A stretch of 64,000 bases of DNA from Longimicrobiales bacterium (GTDB lineage: Bacteria; Gemmatimonadota; Gemmatimonadetes; Longimicrobiales; Gaopeijiaceae). Positions 19,667 through 32,669 of the stretch are shown here, piece by piece. Location of the stretch: NCBI GenBank assembly GCA_965198065.1, contig CBDAON010000004.1, positions 1,024,001 to 1,088,000 of the forward strand. The letters run 5' to 3'. Position 1 is the stretch's first letter; every line of letters starts with the position of its first letter. The notes under the pieces were generated by a model, which was not told where the DNA came from, searched no databases, and saw only the letters and a program-made list of their open reading frames with translations. Position numbers and translations under genes: made by a program.

Positions 19667-19910
19667 ACGTCCTCCCGGTGCAAAAGCGGTCTGCGTCTGT
19701 CCGAACCGCCTGCTTAGGGTACCACCGTGGACATGCGGAAGGTCCGGCGCCGGCCCCGGCCGGGCGCCCCCCCCTTGAGTCCGGCCCAGTGCGGCGGCGC
19801 CGCCACCCGTCTTATATTGGAAACGTCCGGCGGCCCGCGCCCCGGGGGCGGTCTCCGGTGCGGCGCGGCCGGGCCGGCGAGCACACTGAGCCCCTCGTGA
19901 AGGAGCTTTC

Positions 19911-20453
19911 TTGAGCGGACCTGGAACGACCCGGGAGATCTCTCTTCCCGCAACGGCACTGGTCCACCTCCGTCGAGCCTTCGAGAAGGAGGCCGGCTCC
20001 CTGGAAACCGTGCACGCGTGCCACGACGCCGGGTTCGCGACGGGCGCCCAGGTGTTCGAGCAGTTCGCTCCGTATCTCGGGCCCGATCCCTCCGGTTCGC
20101 CCGAGTCCGCCTTCTGGAGCGAGCTCGATCGGTTCTTCTCTTCGCGGGGATGGGGCAGCCTCACGCACGAGCGTATCCACCCGGGGCTGTCCGTTCTCCG
20201 CTCGTCGAACTGGGGCGAGAGCGACGAGTCCTCCGACGACCGTCAGCAACCCGGGTGCGCGTTTACCTCCGGGGTGCTTGCCCATGTCCTGGGGCGTGTG
20301 GCTGACGGACCGGTCGCGGTCCTAGAGGCGGCGTGTCGGAGCCGGGGAGATCCCATGTGCTCGTTCGTCTTTGGATCGGAGGGCGCGATCCACGACCTTT
20401 ACGGGTTCCTCCTGGACGGCGACACGCTCGAGACCGCGCTGAGTCGAATGTGA
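19911..20453 (+). CDS. Stand-alone V4R (4-vinyl reductase) domain protein
   Basis: RGWG, PGCAFTSGVL, EAACRSRGDPMCSFV; AAGGAG RBS before TTG. Confidence 0.85.
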   Translation: MSGPGTTREISLPATALVHLRRAFEKEAGSLETVHACHDAGFATGAQVFEQFAPYLGPDPSGSPESAFWSELDRFFSSRGWGSLTHERIHPGLSVLRSSNWGESDESSDDRQQPGCAFTSGVLAHVLGRVADGPVAVLEAACRSRGDPMCSFVFGSEGAIHDLYGFLLDGDTLETALSRM

Positions 20454-20477
20454 CTCCGTAGGCTACGAGAGCCCCCC

Positions 20478-20915
20478 ATGACCGAGAGAAAGGCGATGGG
20501 CGTCGATTTCGGAGAGCTTCGGGTCGGGCTCGCCCTCTCGGACGAGACGGGCACGCTCGCCACGCCCCTCACGACGCTTCGGAGACGCCCGGGAAAGCGG
20601 CCGCCTCTCCGCCGGATCGAGGAGCTGGTCCGGAGTGAGCGCGTCCAGGACATCGTGGTCGGGTTGCCCATCGAGCTCTCGGGAGACGAATCCAGTTGGA
20701 CGCACGAGGTTCGTGCGCTCGCGACGAAGCTGGAGGAGCGCGTCGGGGTGCCCGTCCACCTAGTGGACGAGCGCATGAGCTCGGTCCGGGCGGAGCGCGC
20801 GATTCGCTCCGCCGGGGGAACGCGGAAGAAGCGGGAGGACCGGTCCCTCGTGGACTCGGGAGCCGCCGCGGTGATTCTCCAGGACTGGCTGGATCGCAGA
20901 TGGAGGGGCGCGTGA
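20478..20915 (+). CDS. ruvX: RuvX/YqgF RNase H-like nuclease (pre-16S rRNA processing)
   Basis: GVDFGELRVGLALSD, VVGLP, DERMSS, VDSGAAAVILQ. Confidence 0.93.
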   Translation: MTERKAMGVDFGELRVGLALSDETGTLATPLTTLRRRPGKRPPLRRIEELVRSERVQDIVVGLPIELSGDESSWTHEVRALATKLEERVGVPVHLVDERMSSVRAERAIRSAGGTRKKREDRSLVDSGAAAVILQDWLDRRWRGA

Positions 20916-21922
20916 GGCTCGAGCGTTGGGGCATCGCTGTGACCGGCCTCGTCGTGGCCTGCTCGGCCTCCTCTTCCGACGCGACCCCGGGCGAGGTTCT
21001 CGAGGTGACGATCCCCGCCGGAGCCTCGTTCGATGTAGTGGCGGACACGCTCGTAGCCCGGGAGCTCGTCCGTTACCCCGGGCTCTTCGGTCTCTTCGCG
21101 CGAGTGCGGGGCAACGACCGAGAGATCCGGGCCGGGCAGTATCGGGTGACGCGTGGCACGCGCTGGGTGCCCCTCCTCGACCAGCTCGTCGAGGGACGCG
21201 TGATCACGCTACCGCTCACGATCCCAGAGGGCTTCACGATCGAGCAGGTCGCTGAACGGCTCGCGGCGTGGACCGGGGACGAGGCGGCCGACGTCGCGGC
21301 GCGGCTTTATGCGGAGCCGAACGCGGAGCGCTGGGGCATCCCGGGACCCGGCCTCGAAGGATACCTCTTCCCCGACACGTACCGGTTCGCGCCCGGGGTG
21401 AGCCTGGATTCTATCGTGAGGCTGATGGTGGAACGATACCGATCGCTGTGGACGGAACGCTGGCTTGCGCGGGCCGACAGCCTGGGGATGACGGAGCGGG
21501 AGCTGACGACGCTGGCTTCCATCGTCCAGGCGGAGGCCTTGCAGGTGGACGAGATGCCCACGATCTCGGGCGTGTACCACAACCGACTGCGGATCGGATA
21601 CCTGCTACAGGCCGATCCCACGGTCCAGTACGCGCTCGGAGAGAGACGCAGCCGGCTGCTCTTCACCGACATCGACTCCGTGGGCGATCATCCGTATAAC
21701 ACCTACACGCAGCCCGGCCTTCCTCCGGGGCCGATCGGCGCTCCCGGTGAGGCCGCCCTGGAGGCTGCGCTCTATCCCGCAGACGTGGACTATCTCTACT
21801 TCGTGGCCCGCCCGGACGGGAGGCACATCTTCACGAGCGACCTGGACGACCACAACCAGGCCCGAATCGAAGCCCGTCGCGAGTGGGAAGAGGCCGAGAG
21901 AAGGGCCGCCCAGGGCAGCTGA
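20912..21922 (+). CDS. mltG: Endolytic transglycosylase MltG
   Basis: TIPEG, LEGYLFPDTY, LASIVQAE, LQADPT, YNTY..PGLPPGPI, YLYFV. Confidence 0.93.
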   Translation: MRLERWGIAVTGLVVACSASSSDATPGEVLEVTIPAGASFDVVADTLVARELVRYPGLFGLFARVRGNDREIRAGQYRVTRGTRWVPLLDQLVEGRVITLPLTIPEGFTIEQVAERLAAWTGDEAADVAARLYAEPNAERWGIPGPGLEGYLFPDTYRFAPGVSLDSIVRLMVERYRSLWTERWLARADSLGMTERELTTLASIVQAEALQVDEMPTISGVYHNRLRIGYLLQADPTVQYALGERRSRLLFTDIDSVGDHPYNTYTQPGLPPGPIGAPGEAALEAALYPADVDYLYFVARPDGRHIFTSDLDDHNQARIEARREWEEAERRAAQGS

Positions 21923-21995
21923 GCCGCGGAGGCCTCTTGGGCGCCATGGGCTCGCGAGCCGCCCCCGCGGGGGGTCTCGCCGGGGATCGGCCCGT

Positions 21996-22688
21996 GTGAG
22001 CCTCGATCGACCCTCTCGGGGAACCGGAAGCCGCGCCTTGTCCCGTGAAGCGCTCGCGGATCGACTCCGACTCGTCGTCATCACGGATCCGCGCCTCGCG
22101 GGCCCCAGGGGCGTCGAGGCCGTAGTCGAGTTCGCGCTGGGCGCGGGCGTACCCATGGTCCAGCTGAGGGACAAGGAGGCGAGCGCCGGGGCGCTCCTTC
22201 CCCTGGCCCTTCGTCTACGGGCCGCTACCCGAAGGGCGAACACTCTCTTCATCGTAAACGACCGGCTGGACCTCGCCGTGGCCGCCGATGCCGACGGCGT
22301 CCACCTCGGTCCGGACGACCTTCCCGTGGCTGCGGTTCGCCGCATCGCGCCCGCTGGACTATTGATCGGATACTCGACCGACGATCCCGCGGAGGCCCGG
22401 CGCGCCGCGGAAGAGGGCGCGGATTACCTCGGGACCGGCACGGTCTTCTCGACCTCCTCGAAGCCGGACACGGGACGGGTGATCGGTCCCGAGGGTCTCG
22501 CCGAAGTCGCTGCCGCCGTGAGCGTTCCGGTCGTCGGCATCGGAGGGATCACGCCGAAGAACGCGGCGCAGCTGGCCGAAACCGGGGCCGCGGGGCTGGC
22601 GGTCATCGGGGCCGTAATGGGGGCGAGCGATCCGGGTGGGGCCGTCCGCGCGCTGATGGAGGCCTTCGGGCGGCACGGCGTCCGTTGA
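21996..22688 (+). CDS. thiE: Thiamine-phosphate synthase
   Basis: QLRDK, IVNDRLD, ADGVHLG, TSSKP, IGGI; start approximate. Confidence 0.92.
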   Translation: MSLDRPSRGTGSRALSREALADRLRLVVITDPRLAGPRGVEAVVEFALGAGVPMVQLRDKEASAGALLPLALRLRAATRRANTLFIVNDRLDLAVAADADGVHLGPDDLPVAAVRRIAPAGLLIGYSTDDPAEARRAAEEGADYLGTGTVFSTSSKPDTGRVIGPEGLAEVAAAVSVPVVGIGGITPKNAAQLAETGAAGLAVIGAVMGASDPGGAVRALMEAFGRHGVR

Positions 22689-22751
22689 CCAATTCCCCTA
22701 CCCGAGCGTTGTGCAAGGTGACTTCGACAGCTGAGAGACTGAAAGGCCCTA

Positions 22752-22961
22752 ATGAGCGAAGACACCTTGATCCCACTCGGACTGTTCGCCATGGTCGTGG
22801 CGATCGCGTGGCTGCGGGCTCAGACGACGCGGTCTCGCCTGGACGCTCCTCGCGGGGGAGGCGGCGAGCCAGCTACCGGCTGGGATCTTCGCAACCCCCT
22901 GGGCCCTGGCGGCCATCGCCATCGCCGCGCGCTGCTCGCTCCTTACGTCCTCGAGGCCTGA
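22752..22961 (+). other. Small membrane-protein ORF or decayed gene remnant
   Basis: N-terminal TM (LIPLGLFAMVVAIAWL) after GAAAGG; a second hydrophobic stretch lies in the +1 frame. Confidence 0.4.
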
Positions 22962-23004
22962 TGTCCGGGTTTGGGAGCCTCCCGGGAGGAGCTCCGGGCT
23001 TGGG

Positions 23005-25137
23005 TCAGGGCTCCAGGGGATCGGACCGAATCTGGAAGTGGAGCACCTTGCTCGTCGTGCCCCTCCCGGTCTCCATGTGGAAGGGAGCCCGCGTGCTCAC
23101 GGTCGCCCAGACTCCCCTTCCCTTCCACCCGGCCGCGGGGTCGTCGATCCGACCGTCCACCCACTTCGTGTAGAACCCCGTCGGATACGGTACGCGCAGC
23201 ACCACCCACTCTCCGTCCACCAGGGCGAGAAGCCCCTCGGACTGGTTTCCGGTGTTGATGGGCACGTTCTCGCCCAGCCCCAGCGTGTTGAACTGGTCGA
23301 CCCACGTGTAGTAACTGCCCTCGGCGCTTCCCGAGGTCGTCACGCCCTGGAGCTGCGGGAGGGGCTCGACGTAGAAGGTCCACCCCTCGGGGCAGTGCTG
23401 GCCCCTGGCCGTGGGACCGTTCAGCGGCCCCACGCACTTCCTTCGGTCGAAGCTCGCCATGTGCCCGCTGGCGAGGGCCGCCCACGCGACGCCGTTTCGG
23501 TCCACGTCCATGCCTCGGGGTGAGAATCCCTCGATCGGCACGCCTTCGGCGTCCAAGGGGAGCTGGTAGAGCTCGGCCAGCGCCGTCGCGGGTGGGTTCG
23601 GCCCCGGGTCGAGGCGTACCACAGCCCCGGGGAAGGGGCTCAGGCTCGAGGCCCAGACGGAGCCGTCGGGGGCGGGCGCCACTCCATAGAAGCTGGATAC
23701 GATCCTCTTGTCCTTCGTCGGGTCTACGGGATCGTTCGGCTCGACGTACTCGTCCCGCACGCCGTTCCCGTTGGTGTCCAGGATGAGGGGGGTCCACCCC
23801 TGGGCCAGCTCCTCGTCCCCTGTCTCATCGAACAGCCTCGTGTTCAACCACCCGACGACCGCCCCACCCCCACTCGTCCACAGCGTGTTGTCCTCGTCCT
23901 CCGCAAACATCAGGTGGTGCGTGCTGAAGCAGGTACTGACGTGGGTGAGCTCCTGTGTCCTCGGATCCCACATAGCGAGATGCCGACCGGCGCTGTTGTT
24001 GGGGAAGGCAGCGGACGGATGACTAGACCCATCGCGACACACGTCCGGGTTCGCGGAGGGGCGGACCCGGGCAGTCAGCCAAACGCGGCCCTCTGCGTCA
24101 ATCATGGGGTTATGGACGTTCATCTGACTCGTCCAGATGGGTTCATCGCCCCAGTAAGGAGAGGGCGCCGCCATGTTCAGCGATGGCCTCGGCGTGTTCG
24201 GATCCCGCGGAGCAATGGGGATCCGGGAGGCGGTGTGGGTCATCGGGTCCAGCACCGGGATGTAGTCTGCGCTCAGCTCCAGCGCCCCGTAGACCGGGCC
24301 GAAGGCGTTCACGGTGGGGTTTCGGCGGTCCGTCGAGACGATGTCATGCAAGTACGCCTGGGGATCCGCCCAGTCCCACATCGTGATCACCACGTTGCGC
24401 TCGATCCCCTGGGGTCGGGGCGGAGCGGGGGGCACCTCGCCCGCACGGATCCGGTCGGTCCAGTCGGCGAACATCTCGAGGACCCGCTCGCGCCCGAACT
24501 GGTTCAGGCCGTTGCTCATCCCGCCGCCGGCTTGCCCCGATTGGACCCTTCGGTCCCACGCCTCGACCGTGGAGGCAAAGCTCCCCAGCTCGGGCGGAAT
24601 CTCGCGGGTCGCCCGGTTCCCAAGCTGGTGGCAGGCCTGGCAGCCGCGGGACTTCATCTGGCTGAGCCACTGCCCCTGATTCTCCATCCCCGGCGAGATC
24701 CCGTTCCCCTCGGGACCCGTTCCAGGGAACTCGTCTGCGGCCGGCACGCGAAGGAGCGAGAACCAATAGCCTGACGGGTAGTGCTGGGCGGCGGCGACGG
24801 GGTCGGACGCGGTTACCGCCGCGAGGTCCAGCCTCTGTCCCGGAGTCGCTGTCACCCGCTCCGAGTCCACGAGCCCGTATCCCCGCGCCCAGACCGAGTA
24901 CGTCGCCTCGGGCAGGTCGGGGACGAGGTAGCGGCCTTCGTCGTCAGTCACGACGATCTTTACGAAGGGCGTGGGTAGGTCGCTCGTCTCGGCAATTACC
25001 CACACCCCGGCCTCGGGCCCGTTCGCCCCGGTGACCACCCCTTGGATGTCGTCGTTCATCCCCACCACCTGGCATCCGCCCAGGCCGATCCCGATCGCGA
25101 AGAAGCCGAGCTCGCGGAGCCCTCGTGTGCTCTTCAT
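23005..25137 (-). CDS. Lipoprotein with CarboxypepD_reg-like domain, CxxCH heme-c motif and probable beta-propeller (function unknown)
   Basis: GGAGG RBS, lipobox LGGC, CQACH, Trp/Asp-rich beta repeats. Confidence 0.85.
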   Translation of the reverse strand: MKSTRGLRELGFFAIGIGLGGCQVVGMNDDIQGVVTGANGPEAGVWVIAETSDLPTPFVKIVVTDDEGRYLVPDLPEATYSVWARGYGLVDSERVTATPGQRLDLAAVTASDPVAAAQHYPSGYWFSLLRVPAADEFPGTGPEGNGISPGMENQGQWLSQMKSRGCQACHQLGNRATREIPPELGSFASTVEAWDRRVQSGQAGGGMSNGLNQFGRERVLEMFADWTDRIRAGEVPPAPPRPQGIERNVVITMWDWADPQAYLHDIVSTDRRNPTVNAFGPVYGALELSADYIPVLDPMTHTASRIPIAPRDPNTPRPSLNMAAPSPYWGDEPIWTSQMNVHNPMIDAEGRVWLTARVRPSANPDVCRDGSSHPSAAFPNNSAGRHLAMWDPRTQELTHVSTCFSTHHLMFAEDEDNTLWTSGGGAVVGWLNTRLFDETGDEELAQGWTPLILDTNGNGVRDEYVEPNDPVDPTKDKRIVSSFYGVAPAPDGSVWASSLSPFPGAVVRLDPGPNPPATALAELYQLPLDAEGVPIEGFSPRGMDVDRNGVAWAALASGHMASFDRRKCVGPLNGPTARGQHCPEGWTFYVEPLPQLQGVTTSGSAEGSYYTWVDQFNTLGLGENVPINTGNQSEGLLALVDGEWVVLRVPYPTGFYTKWVDGRIDDPAAGWKGRGVWATVSTRAPFHMETGRGTTSKVLHFQIRSDPLEP

Positions 25138-25162
25138 CAGCGTGCCCTCCTCCGATCTCCAG

Positions 25163-25171
25163 ATTGTACCA
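25163..25171 (-). promoter_or_regulatory. Extended -10 promoter (TGgTACAAT) of the heme-c lipoprotein gene
   Basis: Minus strand reads tggtacaat about 25 nt upstream of the ATG. Confidence 0.5.
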
Positions 25172-25262
25172 CTGACTGCCCACGGTTCCGACATCGAAAC
25201 TTGCGGGCAGTGGAACCGCCGTGTCCACCATTTCGTGAGCGCGAGAGGCAAGTGGCCCGAAG

Positions 25263-25299
25263 CGAAAAGCCCCACGATCCTAAGGACCGCGGGGCTTCC
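25263..25299 (-). terminator. Rho-independent terminator of the rRNA unit
   Basis: Minus strand AAGCCCCGCGGTCC-TTA-GGATCGTGGGGCTT followed by TT, just after 5S. Confidence 0.7.
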
Positions 25300-25318
25300 G
25301 AAGGGTGGAGCAAATGGA

Positions 25319-25436
<118 letters not shown>

Positions 25437-25636
25437 ACAAGAGGGAGCGCACTTCGGGGAACGCCTGCCGTTGGGAAAGCCACACGCTCTACGGCGTGAC
25501 GCGCTCACCGCACGGGGTGTCCTGGCGCAATCTGGATGCTACTCGGGGTCTCGCTCGCGCCCCGCGCGAAAGCGCACGGCACCATCGAGCCGACCCCGGG
25601 ACATGTCTACGAACCGAAACCGGCGAGGAGAGCGCC

Positions 25637-28620
<2,984 letters not shown>

Positions 28621-28849
28621 AGCATCTCTCTACGCCAGTCTCAGCTCGTACACGTCCCAAAAGCCAGAACACCCGCTACTGATCTCGACGGGCGCTCCAC
28701 CTTCGGTGCACTCCCTCTCCACTCCACCCGGTCCCCGAAACGTGTGCTCGAGTCGAACTCGAAGAGCCCACCGCCGTCATCGGCGCGCGCTCCGAAAGCC
28801 GCGAGATCACATCGCGCTCGTGGCTCCCTTCGCGCTCGCTCGGGGGGTC

Positions 28850-28861
28850 TGTCAAAGAGCT
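28850..28861 (-). promoter_or_regulatory. rrn boxA antitermination element
   Basis: AGCTCTTTGACA vs consensus TGCTCTTTAACA, about 40 nt downstream of the -10. Confidence 0.75.
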
Positions 28862-28900
28862 GTGACCGCAACTGTACTAGACCGGTTGCGTAGCCAGGAA

Positions 28901-28929
28901 AAGTTATGAGCGGGAGTGGTGTGCGTCAA
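28901..28929 (-). promoter_or_regulatory. Sigma70 promoter of the 23S-5S unit
   Basis: TTGACG (28929-28924), 17-nt spacer, TAACTT (28906-28901). Confidence 0.75.
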
Positions 28930-29012
28930 CGGGAGGGAGGCGCGTTAACGACCCCGCGAGCTCCGGACCGAGAGGGTTCCCGCGCGCTCACACCGGAGGA
29001 GGCTTGACGCCG

Positions 29013-29825
29013 CTACAGACCCCCCGCCTCGAGGAGCCCCTGGACGTCCGAGGAAGGCACGCGAAAATCGCCCAGCGGGCCGTCCTCCGGACCGTGCCAG
29101 TCGGATCCCCCCGAGACCAGGAGGCCCCAGGCGCGGGCCTCCTCCTCGAGCTGGAGCACACGATCGGGCGGCGTCCGAGGACGGTACACCTCGAGCCCCC
29201 CGAGCCCGCTCTCCCTCAGGCCGGGAAGGAGGTCGGAGACGAGATGGCGGGGCGGGTGGGCCCAGACCGCCACCCCGCCAGCCCTCCGGATCAGGCCCAA
29301 CGCCTCAGCGGTGTCCAGGAGGCTACTGGGAATGTACGCGGGCCGGTCGTTTCCGATGTAGAGGTTGAAGGCGAGCGGGACGGACCCGACGATCCCTTCG
29401 GCCACCAGCGCGCGGGCCAGGTGGGGCCGTCCCATCGGCGCGCCGACCGCCTCCGCGGTGACGCGCTCGAAGGGCACATCGACCCCCTGCTCCTTCAGGC
29501 GCTCGACCATTCGAAGCATCCGGGACTGCCTTCCGCGAGCTGCCGACTCCGCGTGCCCCTGGAGCTCGGGGTGTTCAGGGTCCACGAAGTAGCCCAGGAT
29601 GTGGAGGTCCGAACCTCCCCACGAGGTGCTGACCTCGATCGCGGAAATTACTTCGATTGTGCCCGCCCGCCTGGCCGACTGCCGCCCTTCCTCCACGCCG
29701 GCCACCGTGTCGTGATCGGCGAGCGCGATGACGTGGAGACCGGCCGCGGCCGCAGCGCTGACGACATCGGCCGGGGGGAGCGTCCCGTCCGAGGCGGTGG
29801 AGTGGAGGTGGAGGTCGACGTTCAC
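29013..29825 (-). CDS. PHP-domain phosphoesterase (YciV/TrpH, RNase AM-like)
   Basis: DLHLHSTASDG, ADHDT, LHILGY, GRPHLARALV, AHP, GGSDWHG. Confidence 0.88.
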   Translation of the reverse strand: MNVDLHLHSTASDGTLPPADVVSAAAAAGLHVIALADHDTVAGVEEGRQSARRAGTIEVISAIEVSTSWGGSDLHILGYFVDPEHPELQGHAESAARGRQSRMLRMVERLKEQGVDVPFERVTAEAVGAPMGRPHLARALVAEGIVGSVPLAFNLYIGNDRPAYIPSSLLDTAEALGLIRRAGGVAVWAHPPRHLVSDLLPGLRESGLGGLEVYRPRTPPDRVLQLEEEARAWGLLVSGGSDWHGPEDGPLGDFRVPSSDVQGLLEAGGL

Positions 29826-29847
29826 TTGCGAAGGGTATGGCCCGCGC

Positions 29848-30189
29848 TCAGTCGCCGCCGGTGCTCTCGCTCTGGAGCTTGGTCGGATCCAGCCGCGCCC
29901 TCGACGGATTGAAATCGGCCGGAGGCTTCTCCCCCGCGTACTCCGACAGGACGGTTACGCGGTTCCCTTCGACCTTGGCGACGCCACCCACGAGGAAGAA
30001 GCTCTCCGCTTCGCCACCGGACCGTCGGGCCCGAAGCCAGCCCCCACCAAGGAGCGTCATGAAGGGAGCGTGGCCCGGCAGGATCCCGACCTCCCCGTCC
30101 CAGGCCGTGAGCACGAGCGAGTCCACGTCCCCGTCGAATACCGTCTGGACCGGCGACACGACCTTGAGCGAGATGAGCCTCTCCGCCAA
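29848..30189 (-). CDS. atpC: ATP synthase F1 epsilon subunit (short form)
   Basis: VVSP, GEVGILPGHAP, GGVAKV; follows atpD. Confidence 0.92.
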   Translation of the reverse strand: MAERLISLKVVSPVQTVFDGDVDSLVLTAWDGEVGILPGHAPFMTLLGGGWLRARRSGGEAESFFLVGGVAKVEGNRVTVLSEYAGEKPPADFNPSRARLDPTKLQSESTGGD

Positions 30190-31713
<1,524 letters not shown>

Positions 31714-31724
31714 CTATAGCTCGT

Positions 31725-32585
31725 TTACTCCAGGGCCGCAGCACCGCCCACGATCTCGGCGATCTCCTGCGTGATCTGGGCCTGACGGGCCCGGTTGTAT
31801 CGTGTCTTGAGCGTCTCCAGCATCTCCGTGGCATTGTCCGTCGCGCTCTTCATGGCCGCCCGCCGAGAGCCCTGCTCCGCCGCCGCGTTCTCCACCATCG
31901 CCCGGAACACCACGTTTCGCACGTAGAGGGGAAGGAGCCTCTCGAGCAGGTCGTCCACCGACGGGGACAGGATGTACGCCTCCGGAGAGACGCCCCGCTC
32001 CTCCGGCCGGACGGGAAGGAGCCGTCTCGCGACGGGAGGAGTGGAGAGCGCCGAGCGGAACTCCGACGATACCACCCAGGCCGCGTCGAGCTCGGAGGAC
32101 TCGAATCGCTCCCTCAGCGCTCCGACGACCCGCTCCGCGTCCTCCGGCGAAGGGGCGTCCCCGATGTCCGTCCAGGTCCGCGCGAGCGGCTCCCCCTGGA
32201 AGCGGAAGAAGGCGACTCCCTTCCTTCCGGCGACGTGGAGCTCTGTCTCGACCCCCTTGCCCCGGAGCTCCCGGAGAAGCTCACGGGCCCTCCGAATGAG
32301 GTTCACGTTGAAGCCCCCAGCGAGCCCGCGGTTCGCAGTCAGGAGGAGGACGGCGGCTCTCCGGGTCTCCTCCGGGTCCCGGAGCAGGGGGAAGCGCTCC
32401 ACGAGCGAGAGGTCGTAGAGGCTCCGTACGATCTCCTCGAGCGCGTCGCCGTAGGGGCGCACAGCGTATACGCGGTCGGTGGCCTTCTTCAGCTTGGAAG
32501 TGGCCACCATCTCCATCGTCCGGGTGATCTGCCGCGTGTTCTCGACGGAGCGGATCCGTCGTCTAACCTCTCGGGCCTGCGACAC
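31725..32585 (-). CDS. atpG: ATP synthase F1 gamma subunit
   Basis: ITRTMEMVA, RGLAGGFN, RQAQITQEIAEIVGG. Confidence 0.97.
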   Translation of the reverse strand: MSQAREVRRRIRSVENTRQITRTMEMVATSKLKKATDRVYAVRPYGDALEEIVRSLYDLSLVERFPLLRDPEETRRAAVLLLTANRGLAGGFNVNLIRRARELLRELRGKGVETELHVAGRKGVAFFRFQGEPLARTWTDIGDAPSPEDAERVVGALRERFESSELDAAWVVSSEFRSALSTPPVARRLLPVRPEERGVSPEAYILSPSVDDLLERLLPLYVRNVVFRAMVENAAAEQGSRRAAMKSATDNATEMLETLKTRYNRARQAQITQEIAEIVGGAAALE

Positions 32586-32669
32586 GCCTCGTCCCCTCTC
32601 TTCCTTTGTTGACTCCCGCCCCGCGGGGCCGCCGTGGCGCTCGCCTCGGCGCTCCGTGAGGGCTTCGGC

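Noticed and set aside
19667..19910. Possible ncRNA (6S-like) in the YtxH-V4R gap
   Set aside because: GC-rich pairing only; no recognisable conserved motif; compatible with divergent promoters
22689..22751. CTGAGA near thiE as a TPP riboswitch
   Set aside because: Lies downstream of thiE and lacks the rest of the THI-box core; none seen before thiD either
25175..25225. HDV-like or hammerhead ribozyme
   Set aside because: A G-U-closed stem followed by GGGCA is suggestive, but P3/L3, P4 and the CUGAnGA core are missing
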